From: Deltaproteobacteria bacterium | GTDB taxonomy: Bacteria; Myxococcota; Kuafuiibacteriia; Kuafuiibacteriales; Kuafuiibacteriaceae | Length of the DNA: 64,000 bases | Assembly: GCA_040218735.1 (NCBI GenBank) | Contig: JAVJQW010000012.1 | Location: forward strand, 64,001 to 128,000 | Direction: 5' to 3' | Shown here: positions 19,023 through 29,664 of the stretch, in pieces | How the letters are laid out: the number at the start of each line of letters is the position of its first letter | How positions within the stretch are numbered: position 1 is the stretch's first letter | The notes under the pieces: model-generated | What the model was told of the DNA's origin: nothing | Databases searched by the model: none | The model's input: the letters and a program-made list of their open reading frames with translations, nothing else | Translations under genes and position numbers: made by a program

Positions 19023-19721
19023 GTGATCGACGAAGGCCTCGACATCCTCGCGCGCCGAAACGCCGGCGCGCTCACGCCCCTCGCCTTCCTCGACTTGGAC
19101 GTCCCGCTGTGGCCCGGGCTGCACGTGGTAACGGGCGACGTCGGCGTCGGCAAGTCTCAGCTCGCGCTACAGGCCGCGATCTGCGCCGCGCGCCACGGCG
19201 TCGTCACCGCGGTGAACACCCCGCTCGCCTCGGTCGCGGAGACGACCGCGCGCCTGCTCGGGCTCGTGAATGGTGCGAGCTGGAGCGCGATCTACGCGGG
19301 TGACCTCAGCGTCGACGCGGGCGCGCTCTCCTCCCTCCCGCTCGCGATCCGCGCCGCGCCGACGGACGAGACACTCGTGGTCACCGATCGTTGCCCGCGC
19401 CACATCGATCGTGATCGCGAGCAGACCGTCATCGCGACCGTCGACGCCCCCATCACGGTCGACGCCGCCTCCCTGATGGACCTCCCCGCGGACCGCGTCC
19501 TCGCGCACGTGCAGATCGACCCCGAGCTCGTCGCCGCCGCCGACACCATGTTCGTGCTGGCGACGATGCCACCGCACGAGCCGGGCGCGTGGCGTGGGGC
19601 GCGGCTCGCCGTCGCGCACCGCCGCGCGGGGGTGCCACGTTGGATCGATCTACGCTTCGACGGGACGCGCTTCGAGCGCGAGGCGGAGGAGATTCAGATC
19701 GAGTTCGACGCGGAGTCGTGA
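19023..19721 (+). CDS. DnaB C-terminal-like/RecA-fold P-loop protein, degenerate
   Basis: WPGLHVVTGDVGVGKSQLALQ (Walker A), TTARLLGL and C-terminal LAVAHRRAG..IDLRFDG resembling DnaB IAKxRxG..LxF. Start uncertain. Confidence 0.6.
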   Translation: MIDEGLDILARRNAGALTPLAFLDLDVPLWPGLHVVTGDVGVGKSQLALQAAICAARHGVVTAVNTPLASVAETTARLLGLVNGASWSAIYAGDLSVDAGALSSLPLAIRAAPTDETLVVTDRCPRHIDRDREQTVIATVDAPITVDAASLMDLPADRVLAHVQIDPELVAAADTMFVLATMPPHEPGAWRGARLAVAHRRAGVPRWIDLRFDGTRFEREAEEIQIEFDAES

Positions 19722-20740
19722 TCGCGCACGAGCTCGCAGACGGCGTCGACCCAGCGCGGGTGCGCGTTGAGCGAAGGGATCAGCTTGAGGTCCTCGCCGC
19801 CCGCCTCGACGAACTGCTCCTTCGCCCGCATCTCGAGCTCTTCGAGCGTCTCGAGGCAGTCCGCGACGAACGCGGGTGAGAACACCGCGAGGCGCTTCTT
19901 ACCGGCCGCCGCGAGCTCGTCGAGTACGACGTCCGTGTACGGTTTGATCCACGGCGTTCGACCGAGGCGCGACTGGAAGGAGACGCCGTGTCCTTCGGCG
20001 GACAGTGACAGTCGATCGACCAGGGCGCGTGTCGTCGCGAAGCACTGCGCGCGGTAGCAGTAGCGGTTCGCCTCGACCATCGCGTCGCAGCAGCTCTCGG
20101 ACGCGAGGCAGTGGCTCCCCGTCGGGTCGCTCTTCAGCATGTGGCGCTCCGGGAGGCCGTGGTAGCTGAACAGCACGTAGTCGGCGCCGAAGTCGTCGAG
20201 CACCGGCTTCGACACCTGCACGAAGGCATCGATGAAGCTCGGGTGGTCGAAGAACGGAGGGACGGTGTCGATGTTCGGGACGTTCCAGCGCTGGGCCATC
20301 AGCTCGAGGAAGCGCTCCAACGCCGAGCCGGTGGCGGCCGACGAATACTGCGGGAAGAGCGGCAACACGACGATGCGCTCGAAGTGCGCGAGCTTCTCGA
20401 TGGCGGCGGGGATCGACGGCTCGCCGTAGCGCATCGCGAGCACGACCTCGTACCGATCGCCGAGCTTCTCCGCGACGCGATCGCGGAGGTCTTCGCTGTG
20501 GAAGAGCAGCGGCGAGCCGCGCTCGGTCCAGATCTTCGCGTACGCCTCGCCGGACTGCTTCGGCCTGAACGGGAGAATCGCGAAGTTGAGCAGCGCCCAG
20601 CGGCCGACGGGGTTGATGTCGATGACTCGCGGATCGCTGAGGAACTCGCGCAGGTACACACGTACGTCGCCCGGTTCGGGAGACTTCGGCGTGCCGAGGT
20701 TGATCAGGCACACCCCGGTCTTGTCTGACGCGTGGGACAT
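19694..20740 (-). CDS. hemH: Ferrochelatase
   Basis: LINLGTP, YLREFLSDPRVID, FSYHGLP, FQSRLGRTPW and DCLETLEE. Confidence 0.95.
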   Translation of the reverse strand: MSHASDKTGVCLINLGTPKSPEPGDVRVYLREFLSDPRVIDINPVGRWALLNFAILPFRPKQSGEAYAKIWTERGSPLLFHSEDLRDRVAEKLGDRYEVVLAMRYGEPSIPAAIEKLAHFERIVVLPLFPQYSSAATGSALERFLELMAQRWNVPNIDTVPPFFDHPSFIDAFVQVSKPVLDDFGADYVLFSYHGLPERHMLKSDPTGSHCLASESCCDAMVEANRYCYRAQCFATTRALVDRLSLSAEGHGVSFQSRLGRTPWIKPYTDVVLDELAAAGKKRLAVFSPAFVADCLETLEELEMRAKEQFVEAGGEDLKLIPSLNAHPRWVDAVCELVRDHDSASNSI

Positions 20741-20784
20741 GCGGGGCTTTTAGTCCAAGCGGGGCATCGTGCAAACTTCACCGT

Positions 20785-21639
20785 TCACCGGATCGGCCCG
20801 AGGCCGTGCGCGTAGGGGCTGGGCCGAAGGAGCGAGGCGAGGCGGACGTTGGCCGCGTGGGCGATCGGCCCGTCGAAGGTGTGGCTCGCGATGGCGGCGA
20901 CTCCGGGCGCCCGCGCCGCGAGATCCAGGCACGCAATCAGGCCGCCCAGGACCATCGGCTTGAGGACGATCGCGACCACCTCGGGGTGCGCGGCGCGCTC
21001 GATGCCCTCGGGGTGTCGGAGGGATTCGTCCAAAGCGACCGGGACATCGAGGTCGATCCCGGGCTCCTCCACGAGCTCCACCGGGAGGCCCCGGAAGCGG
21101 TCGGCGTCCTCGGGGCGCAGCGTCCCGTTGGCGTCGACGCGCACCTTCACCCGTTCGGCGGCGCGGCGAACGGCGGAGAGCTCGGTGCCGAGGTCGCGCC
21201 CGATCTTGATCTTCACGGTGCGAGCGCCGGCTTCGATCGCGCGTTCGAGCGAGGCGGGATCGTAGGCGTCGACGAGGTGCGCGGAGTCGAAGGTTCGCGA
21301 GGGTGCGCCCCACGGGTCGCCGACGAGATCGATCAGCGCGGTCTCCACGCCGAAGCGGACGGAGGGCACCACGATCGGCGTGAGGAGCTCGCGGAGCGTG
21401 TCCACGTTTCGCACGACGTCGGCGTCGACGAGGTCGAGCGCCGCGAGCGCTGCCTCGGCCTCTTCGTAGGTGTCGGGCGCGTAGCCCTCGAGGGGCGCGG
21501 CGACGCCCACGCCGGTCATGTCGTCGGCGAAGACCGTGATGCGGAGCCCGCGCCGTTCGCCGAAGCGCTGCTTCGCGTTGCCCGCGCCGACCGGCGCGCG
21601 CCACACCAGCGGCTCCACTTCGACGCGTTCAATCCTCAC
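20785..21639 (-). CDS. menC: o-Succinylbenzoate synthase (enolase superfamily)
   Basis: VKIKIG, RVDANG, VEEP, ALDESL and [12 protein letters not shown] start overlaps the menA stop, within the men operon. Confidence 0.75.
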   Translation of the reverse strand: MRIERVEVEPLVWRAPVGAGNAKQRFGERRGLRITVFADDMTGVGVAAPLEGYAPDTYEEAEAALAALDLVDADVVRNVDTLRELLTPIVVPSVRFGVETALIDLVGDPWGAPSRTFDSAHLVDAYDPASLERAIEAGARTVKIKIGRDLGTELSAVRRAAERVKVRVDANGTLRPEDADRFRGLPVELVEEPGIDLDVPVALDESLRHPEGIERAAHPEVVAIVLKPMVLGGLIACLDLAARAPGVAAIASHTFDGPIAHAANVRLASLLRPSPYAHGLGPIR

Positions 21640-22508
21640 ACGGCGATCCCGACCGCGAAGAGCACCGAGAAAACGAGCAGGAGCTTCGCGGTGCCGGCGA
21701 GCGCGCCGTTGAGCACGACGCCCTCCTCGCGCCGGACGACGAGCCACTGCTTCAGCGCCAACGGGATCGTCACGAGCGGGAGCAAGATCCAAGGCGAGGC
21801 CAGCGCCAGCCCCCACATCACGATCGGCGTGGCGTAGGACGTGAGGATCAGCACCAGCCACTCCGCGCGCGCGAAGCCGCCGCCGAAGCGCACCGCGAGC
21901 GTTCGTTTGTCGGCGTGCACGTCCTGGTGGCGATCGCGGAGGTTGTTCACTGCGAGGATCGCCGTCGCGAGCGCACCCACGGGGATGCTCGCGAGGGCGC
22001 CGCGGACGGTGACCGCGTCGGTCTGCACGTACGACGTCCCGAGGACCGCGACGAACCCGAAGAAGAGGATGACGAACACGTCGCCGAGGCCGACGTACGC
22101 GAGCGGATACGGCCCGGCGGTGTAGAGGATGCCGCTCGCGATCGACAACACGCCAATCGCCACGATCACCGGCCCGGAGATCCACGTGAGGTACACGCCG
22201 CAGAGCGTCGCGAAGAGGAACGCGACGATCATCCCGAGGCGAACGGCACCCGGTGACAGCAGCCCCGCGGCGACGGCGCGCGTCGGCCCCAGGCGCTCCT
22301 CGGTGTCGGCGCCCTTCTCGTAGTCGAACACGTCGTTCGCGAAGTTGGTGCCGATCTGAATCGCCATCGCCCCGAACAGCGCGGCGAGCGCAGCGGGCCA
22401 GCGCAGCTCGCCCTCCGCAAACGCGACCGAGGTCCCGACCGCCACGGGAGCGACGGCCGCGGTGAGCGTCGCGGGACGCGACGCGAGCAACCAAGCGCGT
22501 GCGCTCAC
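21636..22508 (-). CDS. menA: 1,4-Dihydroxy-2-naphthoate polyprenyltransferase
   Basis: [44 protein letters not shown] and NNLRD...D...KRTLAV. Confidence 0.93.
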   Translation of the reverse strand: MSARAWLLASRPATLTAAVAPVAVGTSVAFAEGELRWPAALAALFGAMAIQIGTNFANDVFDYEKGADTEERLGPTRAVAAGLLSPGAVRLGMIVAFLFATLCGVYLTWISGPVIVAIGVLSIASGILYTAGPYPLAYVGLGDVFVILFFGFVAVLGTSYVQTDAVTVRGALASIPVGALATAILAVNNLRDRHQDVHADKRTLAVRFGGGFARAEWLVLILTSYATPIVMWGLALASPWILLPLVTIPLALKQWLVVRREEGVVLNGALAGTAKLLLVFSVLFAVGIAV

Positions 22509-24172
22509 GAGCGTACCTCCTCGCGCAGGGCCTTCAGCATCGGCGCGGCGTCGCTCGGCGGGACGCGCGCGTGGACGACGGTCGCGCCCCGTCGTTGGAA
22601 GCCTTCGGCCAGCGCGGCGCGGAGCGCGGCTTCGTCGTCGACGCTCCGGTAAGCGACGCCGAACGCCTTCGCGGCGCTCTCGAAGTCGATGCGCGGCGGC
22701 GTCGTGAAACACGCGAGCACGGCGGGCGGGGGATCGGTGTCCATGAGCGGGAGCATCTCGAAGATGCGGCCGCCGTCGTTGTCGATCACCACGACGACCA
22801 AGGGCGACTCGGCGCGCGCGAGGAGCGCGAGGGAGCCGACGTCGTGCGCAAACGTAACGTCTCCGATCAACACCGCGAGCGGGCCTTCGCTACGGGACGC
22901 AGCCCCCGCCCCGCCCGCGAGCATGCCGTCGATCCCGTTGACGCCGCGCTGATGCAAGACAGGTTGCACAAACGGATCCGCATAGAGATCGAGGTGGCGG
23001 ATCGCGAGGCTGTTGCCGACGAAGATCGAGGCCTCTTCGGGGAGCGCCGCGGCAACGGCGCGGGTGACGTTCGCCTCGGACCACGAACGCTGGGCGATGA
23101 GACCGCGCACCCGGCGGTCCTGCTCGCGCCAGCGGTTCAGCCATTCGGGTTCGGCGCGGCTCTCGGCTTCGAGCAGCGACGCGGCCGTCGCTTCGATGTC
23201 TCCGACCACGATCTGCGTCGCGCCGCCGAACGGCTCGGAGTCGGCGGTCTCGTCGATGACGAACGTCGGCACGTCGCGGTGGCGCGCGAAGAACTTCGGC
23301 CACGCGGTCGGCGTCGGCGGCGCGCCGAACCGGATGACGACGTCGGGGGCCAGGTCGTCGCGCGTGAGCAAGACGTCCGCGGTGGAGATCGCATCGGCGC
23401 TCCGGAGCTGACTCGCGACGTCCGCGAGCAGCGGCGCACCAATGTGCTCCGCGAAGCGTGCCACGGCGCCGTGACGACGGCGCATTGGACCGGCGACGAC
23501 GAGCGGGCGCTCCGCGGTCTGTAGCGCCTCGACGACCGCTGCGACGGCCCCGGCCTGCGGGCGAGCCGCGTCGATGTGCACCAGGTTCGCGAGCCGTTCG
23601 TCGACCGCGCGCTCCAACGCCAGCTCCGCCTCCATCGTCGCGTCGAACGCTTCCAGCGGCTTGCGCGCGCGGAAGTTCACGTGCACCGGACCCTTCCGAG
23701 CGTAATGCACCGCGCGCGCCGCGCTGCGGGCGAGCCCGTCGAGCGCCTCCGGATTCGCGTCGGGGAGCCCCAGCTCGATCTCGGCGAGGACGTGGCGTCC
23801 GAACAGACCGCGTTGGTCCATCGCCTGGGGCGCACCGACGTCGACCAGCTCGAACGGTCGGTCCGCAGTGACGACGATCAGCGGCAGCCGCGAAGCCTCG
23901 GCTTCGAGCACCGCCGGATAGAAGTGCCCGCCCGCCGTGCCCGACGTACAGAACACCGCCGTCGGGCGCTCCGTGACCCGGGCCTGCCCGAGCGCGAAGA
24001 ACGCCGCGGCGCGCTCGTCGAGGATCGAGTGGATCCGAAGGGCGGTCTCGCGAACGGCCGCCACGATCAACGGCGTGTTGCGCGACCCCGGCGCGATGAC
24101 GACGTCCTCGACCCCGGCGCGACGCAGGGCACCGACGAACAGCCGCGACCAGGCGGTGAGGAGGTTCTTCAC
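22505..24172 (-). CDS. menD: SEPHCHC synthase
   Basis: [38 protein letters not shown] and GDVTFAHD...NDGGRIF. Confidence 0.93.
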   Translation of the reverse strand: MKNLLTAWSRLFVGALRRAGVEDVVIAPGSRNTPLIVAAVRETALRIHSILDERAAAFFALGQARVTERPTAVFCTSGTAGGHFYPAVLEAEASRLPLIVVTADRPFELVDVGAPQAMDQRGLFGRHVLAEIELGLPDANPEALDGLARSAARAVHYARKGPVHVNFRARKPLEAFDATMEAELALERAVDERLANLVHIDAARPQAGAVAAVVEALQTAERPLVVAGPMRRRHGAVARFAEHIGAPLLADVASQLRSADAISTADVLLTRDDLAPDVVIRFGAPPTPTAWPKFFARHRDVPTFVIDETADSEPFGGATQIVVGDIEATAASLLEAESRAEPEWLNRWREQDRRVRGLIAQRSWSEANVTRAVAAALPEEASIFVGNSLAIRHLDLYADPFVQPVLHQRGVNGIDGMLAGGAGAASRSEGPLAVLIGDVTFAHDVGSLALLARAESPLVVVVIDNDGGRIFEMLPLMDTDPPPAVLACFTTPPRIDFESAAKAFGVAYRSVDDEAALRAALAEGFQRRGATVVHARVPPSDAAPMLKALREEVRS

Positions 24173-25521
24173 GACGCCTCGTCCGTACGGAGCGCGTCGA
24201 GCATCGTCTGCTCCTTCGCGATGGTCTCCGCGAGCTCGGCCGCCGGCTCCGAATCCGAGACGATGCCCGCGCCGACGAAGACACGTGCGCGCCGGCCTTC
24301 CACGAGCGCGCTCCGCAGCGCTACGAACAGCTCGCCGGATCCTTCCGTGTCGAACGCACCGACCGCGCCCGCGTACCAACCCCGCGGACGCTGCTCGGCG
24401 GCGCGGATCGTTCGCAACGCGACGCCGAGCGGGGCGCCGCCGATCGCGGACGTGGGGTAGAGCGCGTCGGCGACACGAAGGACGTGCATCGGCGCGAGGA
24501 GGCGGCTCTCGACGGGGGTGACGAGGTGGACGATGTGCGGGAGCGTTCGGGTCTGCGGACGGTCGGGCGCGACCACGGCTTCGGAGAGCGGCTCGAGGCG
24601 ATCGCGGATCCAGCGGACGACGTGCCGGTGTTCTTCGAGGTTCTTCGTCGACGCCAGCTCATCTTTCGACGCCGCGGTGCCGGCGAGGGCCTCCGTCGTC
24701 GCCTGCCGTCCGTGCACGCGGACGAGGCGCTCCGGGGAAGCGCCCAGGAACGTCTTGCCCGCCGTGCGAACCGCGAACACGAGCGCCGGCGACGGCTTCG
24801 CGAGCGCAGAGAGGACCCGCGCCGGCGAGAACGGAACGTCGGCTTCGACGACCGTCTCGCGCGCGAGCACGACCTTGTCGACCTCCCGCGCGCGGATGCG
24901 ATCGACGGCCTCGCCGACCGCGCGAACGTAGCGCTCGGCATCAGCGCGCGTGACGTGCGTGGTCCCGACGGGCGGTGCGAGCACCCCCCTCCGCAACGCG
25001 GCGAGGATGGACGCGTACTCGGCGACGACCCGCCCCGCCATCCGCGGCGCCTCCGCGGCGAGCAACACCAACCGGAGTGAAGCGACGTCACGGTCGCGCC
25101 GGTACGTCCAACGCGGCACGACGAAGCGTGCCGAACCGAACCGCGCCCAGTCGCCGTGTGCAGGCTCGGGCTCGAACGCGAAGCCCCCCAAGAACTGCAC
25201 GGGCCCCGCATCGGCCCCGTCCAGCGCGACACGATCGTAGGCCTTCGTGAACGTGTCCGCGCGGCGCTGAACGTCCGCGAGGCGTTCAGGCCCCTGGGAC
25301 GTCGCGGCGACCGCGACGCCGAGACCCACGACCACCGCTTCGTCGCGCGGCGCGAACAAGATCGCGTCCTCGTCGGGGACCGCTTCGAGCAGCGCCTCGG
25401 TCACCCCGAGCGGGGCCGGCAGCTCGATGACCGCGTACGGGCGCGAACCGGTCCACCCGGACACGGCGTCGAAGAGCGCGCGCGTCTCGTCGGGGGCGCC
25501 GGGGCGCGCGGACGGGTTCAT
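24169..25521 (-). CDS. menF: Isochorismate synthase
   Basis: KVVLAR, FLGASPERL, EALAGT, KNLEEH, PTSAIGG, RGWYAG and GAGIV..S....E..ET..K. Confidence 0.88.
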   Translation of the reverse strand: MNPSARPGAPDETRALFDAVSGWTGSRPYAVIELPAPLGVTEALLEAVPDEDAILFAPRDEAVVVGLGVAVAATSQGPERLADVQRRADTFTKAYDRVALDGADAGPVQFLGGFAFEPEPAHGDWARFGSARFVVPRWTYRRDRDVASLRLVLLAAEAPRMAGRVVAEYASILAALRRGVLAPPVGTTHVTRADAERYVRAVGEAVDRIRAREVDKVVLARETVVEADVPFSPARVLSALAKPSPALVFAVRTAGKTFLGASPERLVRVHGRQATTEALAGTAASKDELASTKNLEEHRHVVRWIRDRLEPLSEAVVAPDRPQTRTLPHIVHLVTPVESRLLAPMHVLRVADALYPTSAIGGAPLGVALRTIRAAEQRPRGWYAGAVGAFDTEGSGELFVALRSALVEGRRARVFVGAGIVSDSEPAAELAETIAKEQTMLDALRTDEAS

Positions 25522-26237
25522 GCGTCGACCTCGCGTCGCTTGCCGACGAACAGCACACAGGCGCCGAAGGTCAGCGGCTCGACGAGCTCCACCTCGAAGC
25601 CCGCACGGACGAGCCGGTCCTCGAACGTCTCGACCGAGTCGAACGCTTCGATCGACTCGCGCAGGTACTTGTACTCGCCGTGGCTCGACAGCAGCGCGCC
25701 GATCGCCGGCACGCCGTACTTCACGTGCAGGCGCGCCATCGCCGCGAGGAACCCGTTCTTCGGCTCCGACAGCTCCAGCACCGCGAGGCGCCCGCCGGGC
25801 ACGAGCACGCGGCAGATCTCCTTCAGCGCGAGGTCGCGGTCGGGGACGTTGCGGATCCCGAACGCCATGGTCGCGCGATCGAACGAGCCGTCCGCGAACT
25901 GGAGCGCCTGGGCGTCACCCTCGACGAGCTCGATCCGGTCCGCGTGGCCGCTTCGTTCGATCTTGCCCCGGCCGACGTCGAGCATGTTGGTCGACGGGTC
26001 GAGGCCCACGACGCGCACGTCGGCGAGCTGATCCGCGATCATCGTCGGGAGGTCGGCGGTGCCGGTCGCGAGATCGAGGACGCGGTGCCCCGGCAGGATC
26101 GAGAGCGCCTCGATCATCCGACGGCGCCACGATCGATCGAGCCCCAGCGAGTTGATTCGATTCAGTAGATCGTAGCGCTGCGCGATGGCGTCGAACATGC
26201 GCCCCGATCCGTCGGGCGACTGTGCGGTGGCGTTCAT
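25518..26237 (-). CDS. ubiE: Demethylmenaquinone methyltransferase (MenG/UbiE)
   Basis: MFDAIAQRYDLLN...G.DRSWRR, LDLATGTAD, AFGIRNV and YKYLRESI. Confidence 0.9.
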   Translation of the reverse strand: MNATAQSPDGSGRMFDAIAQRYDLLNRINSLGLDRSWRRRMIEALSILPGHRVLDLATGTADLPTMIADQLADVRVVGLDPSTNMLDVGRGKIERSGHADRIELVEGDAQALQFADGSFDRATMAFGIRNVPDRDLALKEICRVLVPGGRLAVLELSEPKNGFLAAMARLHVKYGVPAIGALLSSHGEYKYLRESIEAFDSVETFEDRLVRAGFEVELVEPLTFGACVLFVGKRREVDA

Positions 26238-27415
26238 TGTCGCTTCTCCCTTCGCGCCTCCTCCGCTTCGGCTTTGCGGTGGTGCAGGCGCATGTGTCCC
26301 TTTTGGATGCCCTCCCCCGCGAGCGCCTTGAGCGCCGCGAAGTTGCAGGCGAGCCCGGCCGCGGCCATGACCACGGCGAGCTTCTTCGCATCTCGGCTCC
26401 CGAGGAGCTCGAAGGCCGCCTCGACGCCGCCGTGCGCGCGCGTGGATCCACCCACGGTGGCGACCGCGAGCGGCATCTCGAGGCGCCCCTCGACGCCATC
26501 CTCGGTGCGGCGCCACACGGCGATCGGCTTGTAGCTCCCGTCGAGCGCCGCGTAGGCGTGAGCGCCGGCTTCGATCGAGCGCCAGTCCTGGCCGAGCGCG
26601 ACCGCGACCGCGTCGACCGCGTTCATCACGCCCTTGTTGTGCGTGACGGCGCGGAAGGGATCGAGCTCCGCGAAACGGCTCGCGCGCACGATACGCTCGG
26701 CCATCTCGTCACCGCCGAGCGCCTCGGCGCTCACGCGCGCGGCGACCCAGACCATCCGACGCAGCGGGAGGTTGCTGAGGATCCGCAGCCCGATCTCGCC
26801 GCCGATGCGCTCCTGGACGACGGGCGCCACGGCCTCCGCGACGGTGTCGACGAGGTTCGCGCCCATCGCGTCGCCGACGTCGACGTAGAAGTGCAGGACG
26901 ACCACGCCCTCCGCTTCGTCGAGCACGCGACAGTCGAGGTCTTCACAACCGCCGCCGCGCTGGACCATCCGCGGGATGGCCGCGTTGGCGGCGTCGATCA
27001 ACGTCTGTTTGGCGGCCTCGATCTTCGCGGGGGCATCGGCGGCGTTCGGCACCGCGTCGAGCTGAACCTGCGCCGTCATCACCGCACGGTCCGCTTCACC
27101 CGTGAAGCCCCCCGCGATGCGCACGAGGCGCGCAGCGTTCGAGGCGGCGGCGACGATCGACGGCTCCTCCACCGCCATCGGGACGAGCACGTCCTCCTGG
27201 TTCACGCGGAAGTTGAGCGCCACCGACAGCGGGAGCGCCTGCGTGGCGACGACGTTCTCGCTCATCTTGTCGACGTCCGCGACCGGCACGACACCGCCGG
27301 CCGCGAGGTGTTCGGCCGCCGCGTCGGTGAGCACGCCGGTGTCCACCAGGCGCTGCAGGCGCTCCGGTATCGCGAGGCGATGGAAGCCGGAGATTCGGCT
27401 GGTGAAGTTGGTCAT
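26234..27415 (-). CDS. mvaA: Class II hydroxymethylglutaryl-CoA reductase
   Basis: MSENVV, PMAVEEPSIVAAAS, DAMGAN, HNKGVMN, GQDWRSIEAGAH and GIQKGHMRLH. Confidence 0.92.
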   Translation of the reverse strand: MTNFTSRISGFHRLAIPERLQRLVDTGVLTDAAAEHLAAGGVVPVADVDKMSENVVATQALPLSVALNFRVNQEDVLVPMAVEEPSIVAAASNAARLVRIAGGFTGEADRAVMTAQVQLDAVPNAADAPAKIEAAKQTLIDAANAAIPRMVQRGGGCEDLDCRVLDEAEGVVVLHFYVDVGDAMGANLVDTVAEAVAPVVQERIGGEIGLRILSNLPLRRMVWVAARVSAEALGGDEMAERIVRASRFAELDPFRAVTHNKGVMNAVDAVAVALGQDWRSIEAGAHAYAALDGSYKPIAVWRRTEDGVEGRLEMPLAVATVGGSTRAHGGVEAAFELLGSRDAKKLAVVMAAAGLACNFAALKALAGEGIQKGHMRLHHRKAEAEEARREKRQ

Positions 27416-28386
27416 GGGGCATCCTTCGCGTAGGCCGCGATCGCGGCGATCGTGTCGATGGAGACGGCCTGCGGACCGTCGCTCAGCGCATCCGAGGGCC
27501 GGTCGTGGGCCTCGACCATCACGCCGTGCGCGCCGGCCGCGAGCGCCGCCCGCGCGAGCGGCTCGACGAGATCCTTGCGCCCCGTGCCGTGCGACGGGTC
27601 GACGATGACGGGCTGCCCGTACACGTGCGAGACGAGCGCGACCGCGCCGAGGTCGACGAGGTTGCGCGTGCTCGGATCGAAGCTCCGAATGCCGCGCTCG
27701 CAGAACACGACCGCGGGCGCACCGTGCATCAGGCAGTACTCCGCCGAGCTCAGCCACTCCTCGACCGTCGCGGACATGCCGCGCTTGAGGAAGATCGGCT
27801 TCTTCGCCCCGGCCGCGTGCTCGAGCAGCGCGTAGTTGTGCATGTTGCGCGAGCCGATCTGGATCAGGTCCGCGAACTCCGCGACCTCGTCACGTTTGTA
27901 CTCGCTCATCAGCTCCGTGATGAGCCCCATGCCGTGGTCGTGCGCGGCGCGCGCGAGCCACCGGAGCGCCTCGTCCCCGTGGCCGCGGAACGCGTACGGC
28001 GATGTGCGCGGTTTGAACGCCCCGCCCCGCAGGAACGAAACGCCCAACGGCGCGAGCTGCCCGGCGATGCGCCGGACCGAGTCCTCCGACTCGACGCTGC
28101 ACGGCCCCGCGATCACGGTGCGCGGCGCGTCGACGCCGATCTTGTGCGCACCGATCTCGATGGTGCGCGGCTGCGCGTCCAGGAGGGGGTGCGGCGACTT
28201 CTTCGTCGCGACGGACGCGACGCCTTCGATCGACTCGATGACCTTCGCGTCGATGTTCGTCGAGTGTGCGCTCGTCGTGAGCACGACCCGACCGTCCGCG
28301 ACATGTTCGTCGGCCCAGACTCCGAGCTCGACGAGCGTTCGCTTCACCTTCTTGGGGTCTGCAGTGGGTTGAATGGTGATGATCAC
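27412..28386 (-). CDS. aroF: DAHP synthase type I-beta with an N-terminal regulatory domain
   Basis: IAGPCSVES, LRGGAFKPRTSPY, QIGSRNM, LKRG, CERGIRSF and DPSHG. GTG start with AAGGAGG. Confidence 0.9.
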   Translation of the reverse strand: MIITIQPTADPKKVKRTLVELGVWADEHVADGRVVLTTSAHSTNIDAKVIESIEGVASVATKKSPHPLLDAQPRTIEIGAHKIGVDAPRTVIAGPCSVESEDSVRRIAGQLAPLGVSFLRGGAFKPRTSPYAFRGHGDEALRWLARAAHDHGMGLITELMSEYKRDEVAEFADLIQIGSRNMHNYALLEHAAGAKKPIFLKRGMSATVEEWLSSAEYCLMHGAPAVVFCERGIRSFDPSTRNLVDLGAVALVSHVYGQPVIVDPSHGTGRKDLVEPLARAALAAGAHGVMVEAHDRPSDALSDGPQAVSIDTIAAIAAYAKDAP

Positions 28387-28402
28387 TGTCGGACCTCCTT
28401 TC

Positions 28403-29479
28403 TCAAGCCTTCCGCGAGAGCGCGGCGCGGGCGACGACTTCGAGGGCGTCGCGAGCGGCGCTCGGCGGCAGCGTGGACAACAGCTCGATCGCGCGATCCA
28501 CGTGGGTGGTCGCGAGCGCCGTCGTCTCTTCGATGGCACCGGTCTTCTTCAGCGTCTCGGCGACGCGACCGGCGATGTCGGCGTCGACGCGCCCCTCGTT
28601 GGCGGCGCGTTGGAGCCAGGGGCGTAGCGACGGGTCCCGCTCCAACGCGAGGAGGATCGGGTACGTCACCTTGCCCTCTTCCAGGTCGATGAAGAGCGCC
28701 TTACCGGTCTGGTCGGCGTCCCCCGCGAGGTCGAGCGTGTCGTCGACGATCTGGAACGCAAGACCGAGGTGGCGGCCGTAGTCCTCGAGCGCACGCACCG
28801 CCGGCTCCGGGAGCCCGCCGGCGCGGGCGCCGGCCTGCATCGCCCACTTGAAGAGCGACGCCGTCTTGCCGTCGATGACCGAGAAGTACACCTCGCGGTC
28901 GGCCATGAGGCGTCCGCGATGCTCGAGCTGGAGCGACTCCGCGACGATCATCGTGTCGATCGTCTCGAGCAGCTCGTCGAGGACGCGGTCGACGCCGGCC
29001 TTGCGGACGCGGCGGAGCGCCTCGATGAGGAGCCAGTCCCCGGCGAAGACACTCGCGGCGTTCCCGTACAGCAGGCGCGCGGTCGGCTCGCCGCGACGCA
29101 CGGTGCCCTGGTCGACGACGTCGTCGTGCAGCAGGGTCGCGCTGTGGACGAGCTCCACGGAGACGGCGAGCTCACGGGCGCGCTCGTCGAAGCCCGACCC
29201 GGCGCGCGCGGCGAGCGCGACGCAGACCGGGCGGAGGCGCTTGCCTTCGAGCGACAGCAGGTGCCGCGCGCTCTTCTGCACCAGGTCGTCGGCGGCGCCG
29301 AGGCGGGACAGGACCATCTCCACCTCGACGAGGTCGCCGGCCACGAAGCCGGCGAGATCCGAGATGGCGACCGCCAGCTGCTGCATCCCCTTGGCTTCAC
29401 AGACGCTCTGTAGGCGGTTGAGGACCTGGGTCTCCACCGGCGGTTCGATGTTTTGGGCCAGCACTGCTCCATCCGTCAT
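28403..29479 (-). CDS. Polyprenyl diphosphate synthase
   Basis: GKRLRP, first aspartate-rich motif ELVHSATLLHDDVVD...RRG, KTASLF and second motif AFQIVDDTLD. Confidence 0.92.
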   Translation of the reverse strand: MTDGAVLAQNIEPPVETQVLNRLQSVCEAKGMQQLAVAISDLAGFVAGDLVEVEMVLSRLGAADDLVQKSARHLLSLEGKRLRPVCVALAARAGSGFDERARELAVSVELVHSATLLHDDVVDQGTVRRGEPTARLLYGNAASVFAGDWLLIEALRRVRKAGVDRVLDELLETIDTMIVAESLQLEHRGRLMADREVYFSVIDGKTASLFKWAMQAGARAGGLPEPAVRALEDYGRHLGLAFQIVDDTLDLAGDADQTGKALFIDLEEGKVTYPILLALERDPSLRPWLQRAANEGRVDADIAGRVAETLKKTGAIEETTALATTHVDRAIELLSTLPPSAARDALEVVARAALSRKA

Positions 29480-29501
29480 GGGCTCTCCCTCGTTTCGTTG
29501 A

Positions 29502-29517
29502 TTCAACATTCGTTGAA
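29502..29517. promoter_or_regulatory. Palindromic operator candidate 1 (TTCAA-N6-TTGAA)
   Basis: TTCAACATTCGTTGAA, located about 22 nt upstream of the polyprenyl synthase start. Confidence 0.65.
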
Positions 29518-29596
29518 CTCCGAGGATTTCATTGCGATCCGAAGGATTCATGGGTCGGATCCGCGGCGAGCGGACTATGTCGCATCACCACGGGTT

Positions 29597-29614
29597 GTTC
29601 AATGGCTATTGAAC
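29597..29614. promoter_or_regulatory. Palindromic operator candidate 2 (TTCAA-N6-TTGAA)
   Basis: GTTCAATGGCTATTGAAC, same core as site 1. Both sites are followed by CTC. Confidence 0.65.
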
Positions 29615-29664
29615 TCGATGCGATCAGGTGACGTTTTTTCAACGCAACGCGACACGAAAGGAGT

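Noticed and set aside
19023-19721. Prophage or plasmid replication module around the DnaB-like gene
   Set aside because: No integrase, primase, replication initiator or structural genes nearby.
24169-28386. Siderophore or secondary-metabolite cluster suggested by isochorismate synthase, DAHP synthase and HMG-CoA reductase
   Set aside because: No NRPS, PKS, entAB-type or cyclase genes are present. Coupling to menD/A/C/G explains the genes as menaquinone supply.
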